Positions 19,005 through 28,966 of a stretch of DNA of 64,000 bases are shown here, piece after piece. Made by a program: the position numbers and the translations under genes. Numbering within the stretch: position 1 is the stretch's first letter; the number at the start of each line of letters is the position of its first letter. This DNA is from a bacterium (lineage in GTDB: Bacteria; Zhuqueibacterota; Zhuqueibacteria; Residuimicrobiales; Krinioviventaceae): the NCBI GenBank assembly GCA_963674595.2, contig CAXXFV010000023.1, forward strand, positions 160,001-224,000, read 5' to 3'. The notes under the pieces were generated by a model. The model was not told the origin of the DNA and did not search any database. It saw only the letters and a program-made list of their open reading frames with translations.

Positions 19005-19766
19005 ATGAAATTACGTGAACAATGGTATCACAAAGTCTTTGGGCAGATCGGGGAGAGGTATTTGTCCTATGATTATACAAAAGGAACAAAACAAGAAGCT
19101 GCTTTTTTAGCCGAGTTGTTTGGTGATGATCTCAATCAACGAATAATCGACATCGGATGCGGTCCCGGACGCCATGTTAATGAACTGCTTAAATATGGCT
19201 ATCATGTTTATGGTTTGGACCTTTCAAAAAGGTTTTTACAGATAGCAAAATCAAACAGCGAATCGCTTAAAAATACAAATCCATTTGTCTGTGCTGACGC
19301 CAGAAATATGCCGTTTGAAAATAAATTTGACTGGGCTGTTTGTTTGTGTGAAGGCGCTTTTGGAATTATGGAAAATGATTTACAAAATCAAAAAGTAATA
19401 TATTCCATTTCTCAGTTATTAAAACCCGGGGGAAAACTGCTTTTAAATGTATTAAACGCGTCTTTTATATTTCGTCATCCTCAAAATGATGATTATGTGG
19501 ACGTTAAAAATTGCCGGGGTCACTGGACAGAATATTACACAACGGAAAATGGTCAAAATAATGAAGAAAATTGTTCCAATCGCTATTATACATACCCCGA
19601 GATGAAGATTAGATTAAAGATTGCAGGTTTAACGCCGTTAAATGTCTGGGGAACAATAGCCGGAAATTATAGTAAAAAAGAACTTGAGCTTGATGATTTT
19701 GAAATGTTGATTCTTGCTAAAAAAAACTGTTCTGCAAATTCGGATTATTGCAGTAAATACTTGTAA
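19005..19766 (+). CDS. Class I SAM-dependent methyltransferase
   Basis: IIDIGCGPGRH, GLDLS, CADAR, LKPGGKLLL. Confidence 0.85.
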   Translation: MKLREQWYHKVFGQIGERYLSYDYTKGTKQEAAFLAELFGDDLNQRIIDIGCGPGRHVNELLKYGYHVYGLDLSKRFLQIAKSNSESLKNTNPFVCADARNMPFENKFDWAVCLCEGAFGIMENDLQNQKVIYSISQLLKPGGKLLLNVLNASFIFRHPQNDDYVDVKNCRGHWTEYYTTENGQNNEENCSNRYYTYPEMKIRLKIAGLTPLNVWGTIAGNYSKKELELDDFEMLILAKKNCSANSDYCSKYL

Positions 19767-19795
19767 TATTTGTTGTTAAAAAACCGATAAATAAA

Positions 19796-19824
19796 TTGAC
19801 TTTTTTAAGGTCTATTTGTACATT
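19796..19824 (+). promoter_or_regulatory. Sigma70-type promoter of the UDP-sugar operon
   Basis: TTGACT-N17-TACATT. Confidence 0.65.
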
Positions 19825-19893
19825 TTACGATGTTGGTTTATAAAATGTATGAATATTTAATTCACCATAAAAATAAATTAAGGAGTAAAGTGC

Positions 19894-21219
19894 ATGAACC
19901 TGGCAGAGATAATTGAAAAAAAGTCGGTCAAAGTTGGTGTTGTGGGTCTCGGGTATGTTGGCCTGCCGTTAGCTGTTGAGTTTTGTGCAAATGGTATCTA
20001 TGTTCATGGAATTGATAATGCGGCATCTAAAGTTGAAGCGATAAATAAAGGTGAAAACTATATCGATGATGTAGAAGATAGCAAATTAAAAAAAGCTGTA
20101 GAGAGTGGATTATTAACCGCGTCAACGTCCTATGAAATGGTTAAGGACCTTGATGTCATTTATATTTGTGTGCCTACTCCGTTTACAAAAAATAAAGAAC
20201 CGGATGTTTCCTATATTGTTTCTGCTGCTGAAGGGATTGCCGGCGGATTACGTAAAGATCAGTTAATTATATTAAAAAGTACAACCTTCCCGGACACGAC
20301 TGAAGGGATCGTTCAGCCTATTTTAGAAAAAACCGGGTTAACGGTCGGCAAGGATTTCCATTTGGCTTTTTCACCGGAACGAATTGATCCGGGAAACAAA
20401 CAGTTTACCACGTCAAATACCCCTGTTGTTGTTGGTGGAGTTACCCCCAAGTGTACAGAATTAGCTTGTTTGATTAATAAACAAATTATCAACCTGGTTG
20501 TACCGGTTTCGTCACCAAAAGTGGCAGAGATGGAAAAACTATTGGAAAATATTTTCCGTAGTGTAAACATTGCTTTGGTAAATGAAATGGCAAGACTTTG
20601 TGACCGTATGGGAGGTATTGATATTTGGGAAGTTGTAGAAGCTGCTGCAACAAAACCTTTTGGATTTATGCCGTTTTTCCCTGGTCCGGGTATTGGCGGA
20701 CACTGTATTTTAATTGATCCTTATTATCTTTCCTGGAAAGCACGGGAATATGATTTCCATACACAATTTATCGAATTGGCTGCTGAAACCAATGAAAATA
20801 TGCCTTTTTATGTTCTGGGACTTATACGCAGAGCATTAGGACAAGTTGGCGTTTCATTTAATCAGGCTAAAATTTTAGTACTAGGTGTTGCATTTAAAAA
20901 AGACATTGATGATATGCGTGAATCTCCGGCACTAAAGGTTATCCATTTCCTTAAAGAAAGAGGAGCCACGAAAATTAGCTACAATGATCCGTTTGTCCCG
21001 GAATTTACTCAAAATGGCGAAAAATTCGTATCTGTTGAGCTTTCAAAAGAAACCCTTGAAGAGGCTGACGTTGTTGTTATAACGACAAGCCATTCAAGTT
21101 ATGATGCAGAGTTTATTGTAGAACATGCCAAATCAGTGGTTGATACCAGAAATTTGACGAAAAATATTAAAAAGAATCAGGATAAAGTTACAAAACTTGG
21201 ATCTGGTACACGTTTTTAA
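19894..21219 (+). CDS. UDP-N-acetylhexosamine 6-dehydrogenase (WbpA/WecC family)
   Basis: GLGYVGLP, ICVPTP, FSPERIDPGN, KLLENIFRSVNIALVNE, GIGGHCI, FKKDIDDMRESP. Confidence 0.9.
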   Translation: MNLAEIIEKKSVKVGVVGLGYVGLPLAVEFCANGIYVHGIDNAASKVEAINKGENYIDDVEDSKLKKAVESGLLTASTSYEMVKDLDVIYICVPTPFTKNKEPDVSYIVSAAEGIAGGLRKDQLIILKSTTFPDTTEGIVQPILEKTGLTVGKDFHLAFSPERIDPGNKQFTTSNTPVVVGGVTPKCTELACLINKQIINLVVPVSSPKVAEMEKLLENIFRSVNIALVNEMARLCDRMGGIDIWEVVEAAATKPFGFMPFFPGPGIGGHCILIDPYYLSWKAREYDFHTQFIELAAETNENMPFYVLGLIRRALGQVGVSFNQAKILVLGVAFKKDIDDMRESPALKVIHFLKERGATKISYNDPFVPEFTQNGEKFVSVELSKETLEEADVVVITTSHSSYDAEFIVEHAKSVVDTRNLTKNIKKNQDKVTKLGSGTRF

Positions 21220-21233
21220 TTTATGGAGATGGA

Positions 21234-22313
21234 ATGCTGAAAATTGTAAATGTTGTCGGAGCACGCCCGAATTTTATGAAAGTTGCTCCGATACATTATT
21301 TAATGAAAAATTCACATAAAATAAATCCTTTGCTCGTTCATACCGGGCAGCATTATGATGAAAAAATGTCCAAAACTTTTTTCATAGAGCTTGAAATGCC
21401 GGAACCGGATTTGTATCTGGGTGTTGGGTCCGGAACTCATGCTCAACAAACAGCCGCTGTTATGGTGGCTATGGAAAAAATGCTCCAGGAAGAAAGACCG
21501 GATTGGCTTCTTGTTGTTGGTGATGTAAATTCAACCCTGGCTTCTTCCATTGCCGCAGCAAAATTAAACATTCCGGTTGCCCATGTAGAGTCCGGTTTGA
21601 GAAGTTTTGATCGTCAAATGCCGGAAGAAATCAATCGTATATTAACCGATTCGATAGCTGATATGTTGTTTGTTACTGAACAAAGTGGTTTAGACAACCT
21701 GGAAAAGGAGGGTATTCCCTCTGATAAAGTGTGTTTTGTCGGTAATGTTATGATTGATTCTCTTGTTCAACATTTGCAAAAAGCGAGTCAGGAAAATACG
21801 TTAAAAGATATGCAAGTTGAACCTGACCAATATGTGTTGATGACATTGCATCGTCCATCAAATGTTGACAATAAAGAAAATTTTATTAAAATTCTTAACG
21901 CTGTCCAAACGATTAAAAAAGATTATCCGATAATTTTTCCAATTCATCCCCGTTCAAAAAAAATGATAGATGAATTCGGCCTGCAATCATTGGTTGATGG
22001 TGTAAAACTGGTTGAGCCGCTTGGGTATCTTGCTTTTTTAAATTTAATGAGTAAGGCAAAATTAGTGCTTACAGATTCGGGCGGCATCCAGGAAGAAACA
22101 ACCTATTTGGGGATTCCATGTTTAACTATACGTGAAAATACGGAACGACCGGTAACCGTTGAAATTGGAACAAATCGTCTGGTGGGTGTGGAAACAAAAG
22201 ATATTTTAGGTGCTTATTCTGCTATTTTTTCAGAGTTAAAAAAAGCACAAATCCCGCCATTATGGGATGGCAAGGCTGCCGAACGAATTGTTGATTTTTT
22301 TCTAAATATATAA
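21234..22313 (+). CDS. wecB: UDP-N-acetylglucosamine 2-epimerase (non-hydrolysing)
   Basis: VVGARPNFMK, HTGQHYD, GDVNST, HVESGLRS, TDSGGIQEE, RENTERP. Confidence 0.93.
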   Translation: MLKIVNVVGARPNFMKVAPIHYLMKNSHKINPLLVHTGQHYDEKMSKTFFIELEMPEPDLYLGVGSGTHAQQTAAVMVAMEKMLQEERPDWLLVVGDVNSTLASSIAAAKLNIPVAHVESGLRSFDRQMPEEINRILTDSIADMLFVTEQSGLDNLEKEGIPSDKVCFVGNVMIDSLVQHLQKASQENTLKDMQVEPDQYVLMTLHRPSNVDNKENFIKILNAVQTIKKDYPIIFPIHPRSKKMIDEFGLQSLVDGVKLVEPLGYLAFLNLMSKAKLVLTDSGGIQEETTYLGIPCLTIRENTERPVTVEIGTNRLVGVETKDILGAYSAIFSELKKAQIPPLWDGKAAERIVDFFLNI

Positions 22314-22337
22314 ATTTTATAAGAGCGGAGGAGTTCG

Positions 22338-24062
22338 ATGCAAAGGTGCATCATTGTTTTATTTTTGTTTTTGACCACCTGCCCAAGTTATTCTCAGGAA
22401 TCATTATCACAATTTTCCGAAATGAGTAAAATTCAAAGTATGGTAAAAAAACCAACATTAACGTCTTTGCCCGACGCCCCGGTTTTGGAACATGCTGTGG
22501 ATGAAAAGAATTATATCCTGGGACCTGGAGATGTCCTCACCATTATAATTGGAAATCAGGAAGAAAACACACATCAGGTGAGAATCTATCCGGAAGGGAA
22601 TATTGTTTTACCTTCGGTAGGAAGCGTTAAAGTCTCAGGGTTATCCTTGTTTGATGCAAAAGAACAGATTGTTGAAAAAATAAAATCAAAATATCGGAGC
22701 GATGAAATTTATGTCTATTTGACCACTCTGCGGGCTTTTCGTGTTACTGTTAGTGGTGCCGTTAATAAGCCAGGGTTGGTTACAGTTAACGCAATGTGGC
22801 GTGTTTCCGAGGCTATTGAGCTATGTGGAGGATTTACATTACCTGTTACAGTAACGTCCACAAAAGAAGAAACCAGAGTGGAAACACCCTATCAAAAGCA
22901 AGTTGCTACCCAGTCCGTTGATACTAAACAGGATATAGAATTTCAAACATTACAGGCTTCAAAGAGGAATATATATATTAATCGCCGATCAGGGATAAAA
23001 GTCAATGCTGATATTGAAAAATATGAATTAACCGGAGATTTGGACGCTAATCCCTATTTATTAGATGGTGACGTTATTGTTGTTCCAACAAAACAATCGA
23101 GATCAGGGCAGGTATGGATTTTAGGGGCTGTTAAATCACCCTCCAAATTTGAGTTTGTAAATGGTGATTGTGTAAAAGACCTGTTGGATATGGCACATGG
23201 GTTTACGTCCGATGCTGATTCTGGACGAATTGAGTTGGTTCGTTTCCGTAATGGGCACAATCTTATAAACAAATCTGTTTTGGAACTGGACTGGCATGAT
23301 TCAACACAGGTTGAAAAAGTTCTTAACACAACTCTTAAAGCAGATGATCGTTTGTTTATCCGATATTTATCAAAATTCCATGAAAAGAAAAATGTTGAAA
23401 TAAGAGGTGAAGTTGTTTATCCCGGAGAATATGCGCTGGAAAATGACAAGGATGTTCATCTGTCCGAGTTGATCAAACGCGCCGGCGGATTTACGGACGA
23501 AGCTTCTTTGAAAAACGCCTATGTTGTACGCCGGGCACAGGAAGACGCTCGTGATCCGGAATTTGAGAGACTGGAAGCTATGGCTGTCGCCGAAATGACG
23601 GAAATGGAAAGGGAATATTTTAAAGTTAAATCCAGAGAGCGTGCCGGGGGAATGGGTATTGATTTTATTGCTCTTTTTGAAAATAATGACAAAAGTCATG
23701 ATGTCATTTTAAAAGATGATGATTTAATAGTTGTCCCGGGAAAAGAGTTAACCGTAAAGGTGGCCGGACAGGTTATTAATCCGGGCTTATTCCCCTATAA
23801 AGATCAAGCGCCTTTAAAATATTATATTGAGGAATCCGGTGGATATAACTGGAATGCCCGAAAAAGCCACATCCGTGTCATTAAAGGAAAAACCGGTGAA
23901 TGGATGAAACCGGGCCAGAATACAGTTATTGAAGTAGGTGATACTATTTTTGTTCCGGAAAAGCCGGAACGTGACTGGTGGGTTATGCTTCGGGAGACCA
24001 TTTCTGTTGTAGCACAATTAGCTACAATTTATCTTGTTATCGAAAGAGCAACTTCTGATTAA
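22338..24062 (+). CDS. Polysaccharide export protein with multiple SLBB domains (Wza/KpsD-like)
   Basis: YILGPGDVL (Poly_export), repeated V.G.V..PG.Y SLBB motifs, C-terminal amphipathic helix. Confidence 0.85.
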   Translation: MQRCIIVLFLFLTTCPSYSQESLSQFSEMSKIQSMVKKPTLTSLPDAPVLEHAVDEKNYILGPGDVLTIIIGNQEENTHQVRIYPEGNIVLPSVGSVKVSGLSLFDAKEQIVEKIKSKYRSDEIYVYLTTLRAFRVTVSGAVNKPGLVTVNAMWRVSEAIELCGGFTLPVTVTSTKEETRVETPYQKQVATQSVDTKQDIEFQTLQASKRNIYINRRSGIKVNADIEKYELTGDLDANPYLLDGDVIVVPTKQSRSGQVWILGAVKSPSKFEFVNGDCVKDLLDMAHGFTSDADSGRIELVRFRNGHNLINKSVLELDWHDSTQVEKVLNTTLKADDRLFIRYLSKFHEKKNVEIRGEVVYPGEYALENDKDVHLSELIKRAGGFTDEASLKNAYVVRRAQEDARDPEFERLEAMAVAEMTEMEREYFKVKSRERAGGMGIDFIALFENNDKSHDVILKDDDLIVVPGKELTVKVAGQVINPGLFPYKDQAPLKYYIEESGGYNWNARKSHIRVIKGKTGEWMKPGQNTVIEVGDTIFVPEKPERDWWVMLRETISVVAQLATIYLVIERATSD

Positions 24063-24065
24063 TAG

Positions 24066-24095
24066 AAAAAGCCTCTCCAATGAGAGGCTTTTTTT
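24066..24095. terminator. Bidirectional terminator between convergent genes
   Basis: AAAAA-GCCTCTC-CAAT-GAGAGGC-T7. Confidence 0.88.
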
Positions 24096-24121
24096 ATTGC
24101 CGTTATAATAAAATTTAAACC

Positions 24122-25597
24122 TTATGAAAATAGTTTTTCCAGTGTTTTTTTATCCGGTTTGGGCGTTAAATAACTGACGATAATTAAAGTTAAAACAGAG
24201 CCTGCCAGGGCCGGATATATACTAGGAATGCCCCAGGGGTCACCGCCTTTTAACAGAGCAGGAAATCCATAAGGAATAACCAGATCAAATACAATCGCTA
24301 AAACAGCGCCTGTAATTATACTTGCGATGCCGCCTTGTTTTGTTGCACGTTTCCAGGAAAGCGCTGCAATCAGCGCCGGCGTTATTGCCACACCATATAG
24401 TGTGTAAGCAAAATAGGCATATTTTAAAACAGATATTTGCAGATTGAATTTTGTGGGAATAAAAATCATTAAAAAGGCACATAATCCCAGGATGACAATA
24501 AATATTTTTTGCAGTGCCACCATTTTTTTCTGGTCCGCATCCGGATTGATAAACTTTTGATAGATATCGCGCATTATGTTTGTAGAAGGGCTGAGCAAAT
24601 AATTCATCCCTGTAGAAAGTACCACAACGCATGCCGCCGCCAACAATAATAGTCCAACAGGGGCCGGTACCATCTTTTTTGCTGCTTGTAAAACAATGGA
24701 TGCCGGGTCAATCGAAGGATTGTTCCAAAAATAGGAAGCTCCATAAATGGCAATGATTATGACAACGGTTTCGACAATAATTGTTCCGAATATCCATAAA
24801 CCTACAGCAATTTTGGCCTCTTTAGGACTTTTTGCGCTGTAAAACTTTTGATACATACTTTGTACACCGAGTAATAAAAACATGGTTGCTAAAAAGTAGC
24901 TAAATGCTTTGAGTGCCGGATATTGTCCAAAATCGGATGAAAAAAGTTTCATGTGTCCTGGTGGTAGTGTTTGGGCTGCAGATTGCCACCCACCGGCCGT
25001 CATTACGACAAACGGTGTAGCAATGATACAGGCGAGAACAATGATAATTCCATTCGGCAAGTCCGTATGTGCTACAGCAATCATTCCGCCAAGTGCGACA
25101 AATGTTATCACAAAAGCAGCGGAAATAAATTGCCCCGTTTCTACACTGATGTGGCCGTCTGTAATGATATTTAAAATATAACCGCCTGCGCGAAACTGGT
25201 AAGAAACAATAGTAGTAAAAGCGATAATAAGGGCAATGGCGCCAAAAAGTCTGGCAAACTTGCCATATCGTTCTTCTAAAATATCCCCTATTGTGTATTG
25301 CCCAAAAGTTCTGATTTTGGCTGCCAGAAAATATATAATGGCAATTCCGGCCCATGCGCCGGCCGGCATCCATAAAGAACTCCAACCGGCCCGAAATGCA
25401 TACTCTGCACCGGCAATAAAAGTTCCGGAACCAATCCAGGTACAAACCAGCGTAAAAACCATTTGAGTTACACCCAGACTTCGTCCGGCTACCATCATGT
25501 CGTCCTGGGTTTTTATCTGTTTTGATTTATAAATATTATAAAAGGTCAAAACTGCGAGGTAAATGAGAATGATAATGAGATAGGTATTCATAATCAA
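24122..25597 (-). CDS. Sodium:solute symporter family protein
   Basis: MVAGRSL, TWIGSG, TIGDILEERYG, GGMIAVAHTD, WKRATKQG; about 13 TM helices. Confidence 0.9.
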   Translation of the reverse strand: MIMNTYLIIILIYLAVLTFYNIYKSKQIKTQDDMMVAGRSLGVTQMVFTLVCTWIGSGTFIAGAEYAFRAGWSSLWMPAGAWAGIAIIYFLAAKIRTFGQYTIGDILEERYGKFARLFGAIALIIAFTTIVSYQFRAGGYILNIITDGHISVETGQFISAAFVITFVALGGMIAVAHTDLPNGIIIVLACIIATPFVVMTAGGWQSAAQTLPPGHMKLFSSDFGQYPALKAFSYFLATMFLLLGVQSMYQKFYSAKSPKEAKIAVGLWIFGTIIVETVVIIIAIYGASYFWNNPSIDPASIVLQAAKKMVPAPVGLLLLAAACVVVLSTGMNYLLSPSTNIMRDIYQKFINPDADQKKMVALQKIFIVILGLCAFLMIFIPTKFNLQISVLKYAYFAYTLYGVAITPALIAALSWKRATKQGGIASIITGAVLAIVFDLVIPYGFPALLKGGDPWGIPSIYPALAGSVLTLIIVSYLTPKPDKKTLEKLFS

Positions 25598-25665
25598 CCT
25601 CCGGTTAGAACGACTGCGATATCCGCACTCAATTTTTGAGTTTAATTAGCACTGTTTTGGGACGA

Positions 25666-26853
25666 CTAGATTGATAAAATGGGTATTATATTTTCCTGCA
25701 TAGGGCCGGTCACATCAACCTGACCTTCATCTGTTACAAAGACATCAATCTCAGTGCGAAATCCGATTTTTTCGTGCGGCAAGTAAATACCGGGCTCAAT
25801 GGAAAAACATGTACCGGGTAAAATAATTCGTTCGTCTTTTGTTTCCAAATTGTCAATATGAACGCCATTGCCGTGAACTTCTTCCCCTATGTTATGGCCT
25901 GTTCTGTGTGAAAAATAGTCACCATAGCCTGCTTTTGCAATAACATTGCGGCAAACATCGTCAACCTGCCAGCCATAAATTTTTTTGCTTTGGGCAAAAC
26001 TGGTCTGAATAAACTCTAGCGCTGCATCCCTGCCGGAACGAATAATTTGAAAGATTTCTTCCAGCTTTTCCGGTACTTTATCGCCGATATAACCCATCCA
26101 GGTTATGTCATAATAAATGCTGCCGGGCTTTTTGTCTTTGGCCCAAAGGTCCAAAAGTACAAGATCGCCTTCCTGCATAGGAAAACTGTTTTCATTTGTC
26201 GGTTCAAAGTGAGGGTCTGCCGCATGTTCGTTTATGGCAACAACGGGTCCGTCTTCCCAAAATAGATTATTTTTATGCATGAGTTGATGCATAAAATTTT
26301 GTATTTCAACTTCCAGAGGATTTTTATCAGCCAGAATTTGTTTTTTAATCTCGGCAAAAGTTGCATCTTTAACAGATTGCATAATGTGGCCGGATTGCTG
26401 GTGACTTGCAAAATCTTCCATTGAAAGATGCGCTTCAAATTGACCGACAAGGTCTGCGCTGGAAACTATTTTAATACCAAAATCCCGCAGCAATTCAACT
26501 GTTCCGGCGTCTACAATGGATACATATGGAATTGCGTTTTGCGGTGAATATTGCATTGCAATAGTTTTTGCTGTGCCAAGTAGTGATTTTAAAAGCGCAT
26601 GTTGTTCCTGCCATGCCAGGTAAATATGTTTTTCACCAGGTAAATGATCACATCTCCAGGGTTCAATCTTGTGGACCAGTTTTTGGGGTTCTCCATTTGA
26701 TGGAATAAAATAATACCATCGTCGGGAAGCGAAGCGGTTGGTGTCCATTTTCAGCACACGTGCTGCAATGGCATCTCTGTTATGGAAATCATAAAAGAGC
26801 CAACCGTCAAGGTTTGCTTTTTGCAAAGCACTTTGTATGGCTTTCAAGTCCAT
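25666..26853 (-). CDS. M24 family (Xaa-Pro) aminopeptidase
   Basis: ADPHF, LLDLW, YYDIT, HRTGH, FSIEPGIY and RTEID metal-ligand motifs. Confidence 0.88.
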   Translation of the reverse strand: MDLKAIQSALQKANLDGWLFYDFHNRDAIAARVLKMDTNRFASRRWYYFIPSNGEPQKLVHKIEPWRCDHLPGEKHIYLAWQEQHALLKSLLGTAKTIAMQYSPQNAIPYVSIVDAGTVELLRDFGIKIVSSADLVGQFEAHLSMEDFASHQQSGHIMQSVKDATFAEIKKQILADKNPLEVEIQNFMHQLMHKNNLFWEDGPVVAINEHAADPHFEPTNENSFPMQEGDLVLLDLWAKDKKPGSIYYDITWMGYIGDKVPEKLEEIFQIIRSGRDAALEFIQTSFAQSKKIYGWQVDDVCRNVIAKAGYGDYFSHRTGHNIGEEVHGNGVHIDNLETKDERIILPGTCFSIEPGIYLPHEKIGFRTEIDVFVTDEGQVDVTGPMQENIIPILSI

Positions 26854-26869
26854 GGTTTAGACTCCGGTT

Positions 26870-27253
26870 TTAAAGAGGGGTTGTCGATGTTGAGGTTATT
26901 GATCGAATTAATCTCTTCAACATTCTTTCAATTGTGTCAAATTCTTCAATGATTTCTTCAATGTCATCTTTGACATAGCCAAGATCGTTTGCCAAAATTA
27001 AGAGGTATCGGGATGTTTCAATTTCGGTTAAAGCTGTGCGATAATAATGTACCTTAGTTTTAATGCCTCTTTTTTTAAAACCAATAATAATATTTATGGG
27101 AATAATTGAGGCTGCTTCTCGTTGTTCCTGGGCAAGAGATGTATTCTCTTTTTTCGGATATTTTGTCGTAAGCTTGTAAATTTGTTGTACCAGGGCATGA
27201 CTTTTTTGCCAGACAACGAGGTCCTGGAAAGTTTCGACCTTTTTGTTTTCCAT
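26870..27253 (-). CDS. Four-helix bundle protein (23S rRNA IVP family), divergent
   Basis: FQDLVVWQKS...IYKLT..YP..E...L...LANDLGYV...MLKRLI. Start at MENKK with an AAAGG RBS. Confidence 0.8.
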   Translation of the reverse strand: MENKKVETFQDLVVWQKSHALVQQIYKLTTKYPKKENTSLAQEQREAASIIPINIIIGFKKRGIKTKVHYYRTALTEIETSRYLLILANDLGYVKDDIEEIIEEFDTIERMLKRLIRSITSTSTTPL

Positions 27254-27392
27254 ATTAATTAACCTTTCATTTGTTATCATGTTTCCAGGTTATATTTAAA
27301 TAGTTATTTTTGGTGCGTATTATTGGAAACATGTATTTAATCCCCATTCCTTCAAAATTTGAAGCGGTTTACTTACGCGGTTAACTAGATAA

Positions 27393-27421
27393 AACTTAAT
27401 CAATTTTAATACGAAATGCAA
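27393..27421 (-). promoter_or_regulatory. Sigma70-type promoter of the four-helix/M24/SSS operon
   Basis: Minus strand TTGCAT-N17-TAAGTT. Confidence 0.5.
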
Positions 27422-27716
27422 ATGATTTTTGCATTTTAGCCGTTTTTGTCTATACAAATAGACGATTTTTTACATTTTTTTTAACTTTTAATTAAATTTT
27501 TGTGTTATGAAGGGAAAATTCCGGTCCCTTTTTTAGTTTCGTTAGGATTGTAGGGTGTGTTCGTTGCAGGCTTTTTAAAACTCTTTGAAATTATAACAAA
27601 TATTGTATGATTGAAGTTGTTTTGTGTTTGTACAGATTTTTATTTTCGGGGATGTGGTTGCGGTATGGATGTTAAAATGACGGACAAGTCGATTACATGA
27701 ACTGTAAACAGGGCAT

Positions 27717-27744
27717 AAAAAAAGCCCGGCTTAAAACCGGGCTT
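27717..27744 (-). terminator. Terminator after the 27749 gene
   Basis: AAGCCCGG/CCGGGCTT stem, with a T-run on the minus strand. Confidence 0.85.
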
Positions 27745-27748
27745 GTAT

Positions 27749-28888
27749 TTATTTTGCTAATAGCATCTTTTTAATTGCCTGAAACGATTCGGCTTTAATT
27801 CTGTAAAAGTAAATTCCTGTCGGGGCCTTTTCACCGGAAGTAAGGGTGCCGTCCCAGATGAGTGTTTTGGTTCCGGCATTTTGCTGCGTATTCAACAGTT
27901 CTTTGACAAGTTCGCCTCTGACATTAAAAATGTCTATTTTAACCTGAGTATCTTTGGGTAAATCGTAGGATATGGTTGTTTCCGGATTAAAGGGATTTGG
28001 ATAGTTTTGGTTTAAGGCAAATTCTTTTGGAATGGCCTGCTCGACAAAAACATTAATCGGACCATGAAAACGTGATGAGCCTGTTTGATCAACATCTTCC
28101 AACTGATAATAGTAGGTTTTTTGTGCTTCAACTTTGTCATCGGCAAATTCATAATTTTGCGGTGTTGTTGAGTTGCCGGCGCCCATAATCAAAGAGGAAT
28201 TAATTTTAGTATAGTCACCTTTTTCAGAATTACTGCGGTAAATATTAAATCCGAGATTGTTTTTTTCGGTTTGTGTTGTCCAGTTGATAAAAACACGGTT
28301 GTCTCTGTTTTCCGCTTCAAGCAAGGACAATTCAACAGGTAAGGAGACGTCACCAAGGTCCTGGCTGGACATGACCCAGTCATCTACATCATCCTGAGGA
28401 TTGTTTGAAATTTGTAAAAAATATGCAGCAGCATGAGTTCCTTCATCAATAGAAATATTAACGGATGTGGCTGTGTTGATTGTCCAACGAAGTGTTACAA
28501 TGCTTTGCCATTCTGTTGTTATTGGCACACCAGGAGGATCTCCCGGTCCATCAGTTCCAACAGCATTGCCGGTTATTGTTACTTTATAACGTCCAGATAA
28601 TTTATCTACAGCCCTTGAATACCCTGTGGCTGAACTTACATACCAGTTCGTTCCAGGAAAGGCGTCTGCCCATTCAGTAAGTTGACTTGTATAATAAACC
28701 TCTGCTGTTATGGAATTTAATGTTCTTGTTGATGTTCCGCTAGTAATCCTTAATTGCAGATCCAAATGAAATTCTCCGCCAACAGTGGCGTCGTTTTGGG
28801 TAACAACAGTGCGAAATTCGGCATTATCTGCAAATACAAAGGTGGCTGTCAGGGATATTATAAAAAAAATGATAGCAATTTTTTTCAC
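27749..28888 (-). CDS. Secreted protein: putative cohesin-like beta-sandwich, LPVEL Ig/FN3-like domain and FlgD-like secretion CTD
   Basis: Signal peptide. N-domain VGGEFHLDLQL..NSITAEVYY..SIVTLRWTI has a cohesin-like strand pattern. Then SLPVELS..WTTQTEKNNLGFNIYRS and FALNQNYPNPFNP..GIYFYRI..KKMLLAK. GTG start with AGGAG RBS. Confidence 0.75.
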   Translation of the reverse strand: MKKIAIIFFIISLTATFVFADNAEFRTVVTQNDATVGGEFHLDLQLRITSGTSTRTLNSITAEVYYTSQLTEWADAFPGTNWYVSSATGYSRAVDKLSGRYKVTITGNAVGTDGPGDPPGVPITTEWQSIVTLRWTINTATSVNISIDEGTHAAAYFLQISNNPQDDVDDWVMSSQDLGDVSLPVELSLLEAENRDNRVFINWTTQTEKNNLGFNIYRSNSEKGDYTKINSSLIMGAGNSTTPQNYEFADDKVEAQKTYYYQLEDVDQTGSSRFHGPINVFVEQAIPKEFALNQNYPNPFNPETTISYDLPKDTQVKIDIFNVRGELVKELLNTQQNAGTKTLIWDGTLTSGEKAPTGIYFYRIKAESFQAIKKMLLAK

Positions 28889-28920
28889 GATTAAACTCCT
28901 TATTTAAGATTCTTTGCTAT

Positions 28921-28949
28921 ATAGTACGTGTAAAATAAAAAAAATGCAA
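28921..28949 (-). promoter_or_regulatory. Sigma70-type promoter of the 27749 gene
   Basis: Minus strand TTGCAT-N17-TACTAT. Confidence 0.55.
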
Positions 28950-28966
28950 ATAAAATTTTACCTATT

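Noticed and set aside
27607-27675. 22-codon plus-strand ORF (MIEVVLCLYRFLFSGMWLRYGC) in the long intergenic region
   Set aside because: No RBS and no recognisable motif, so it is consistent with chance.
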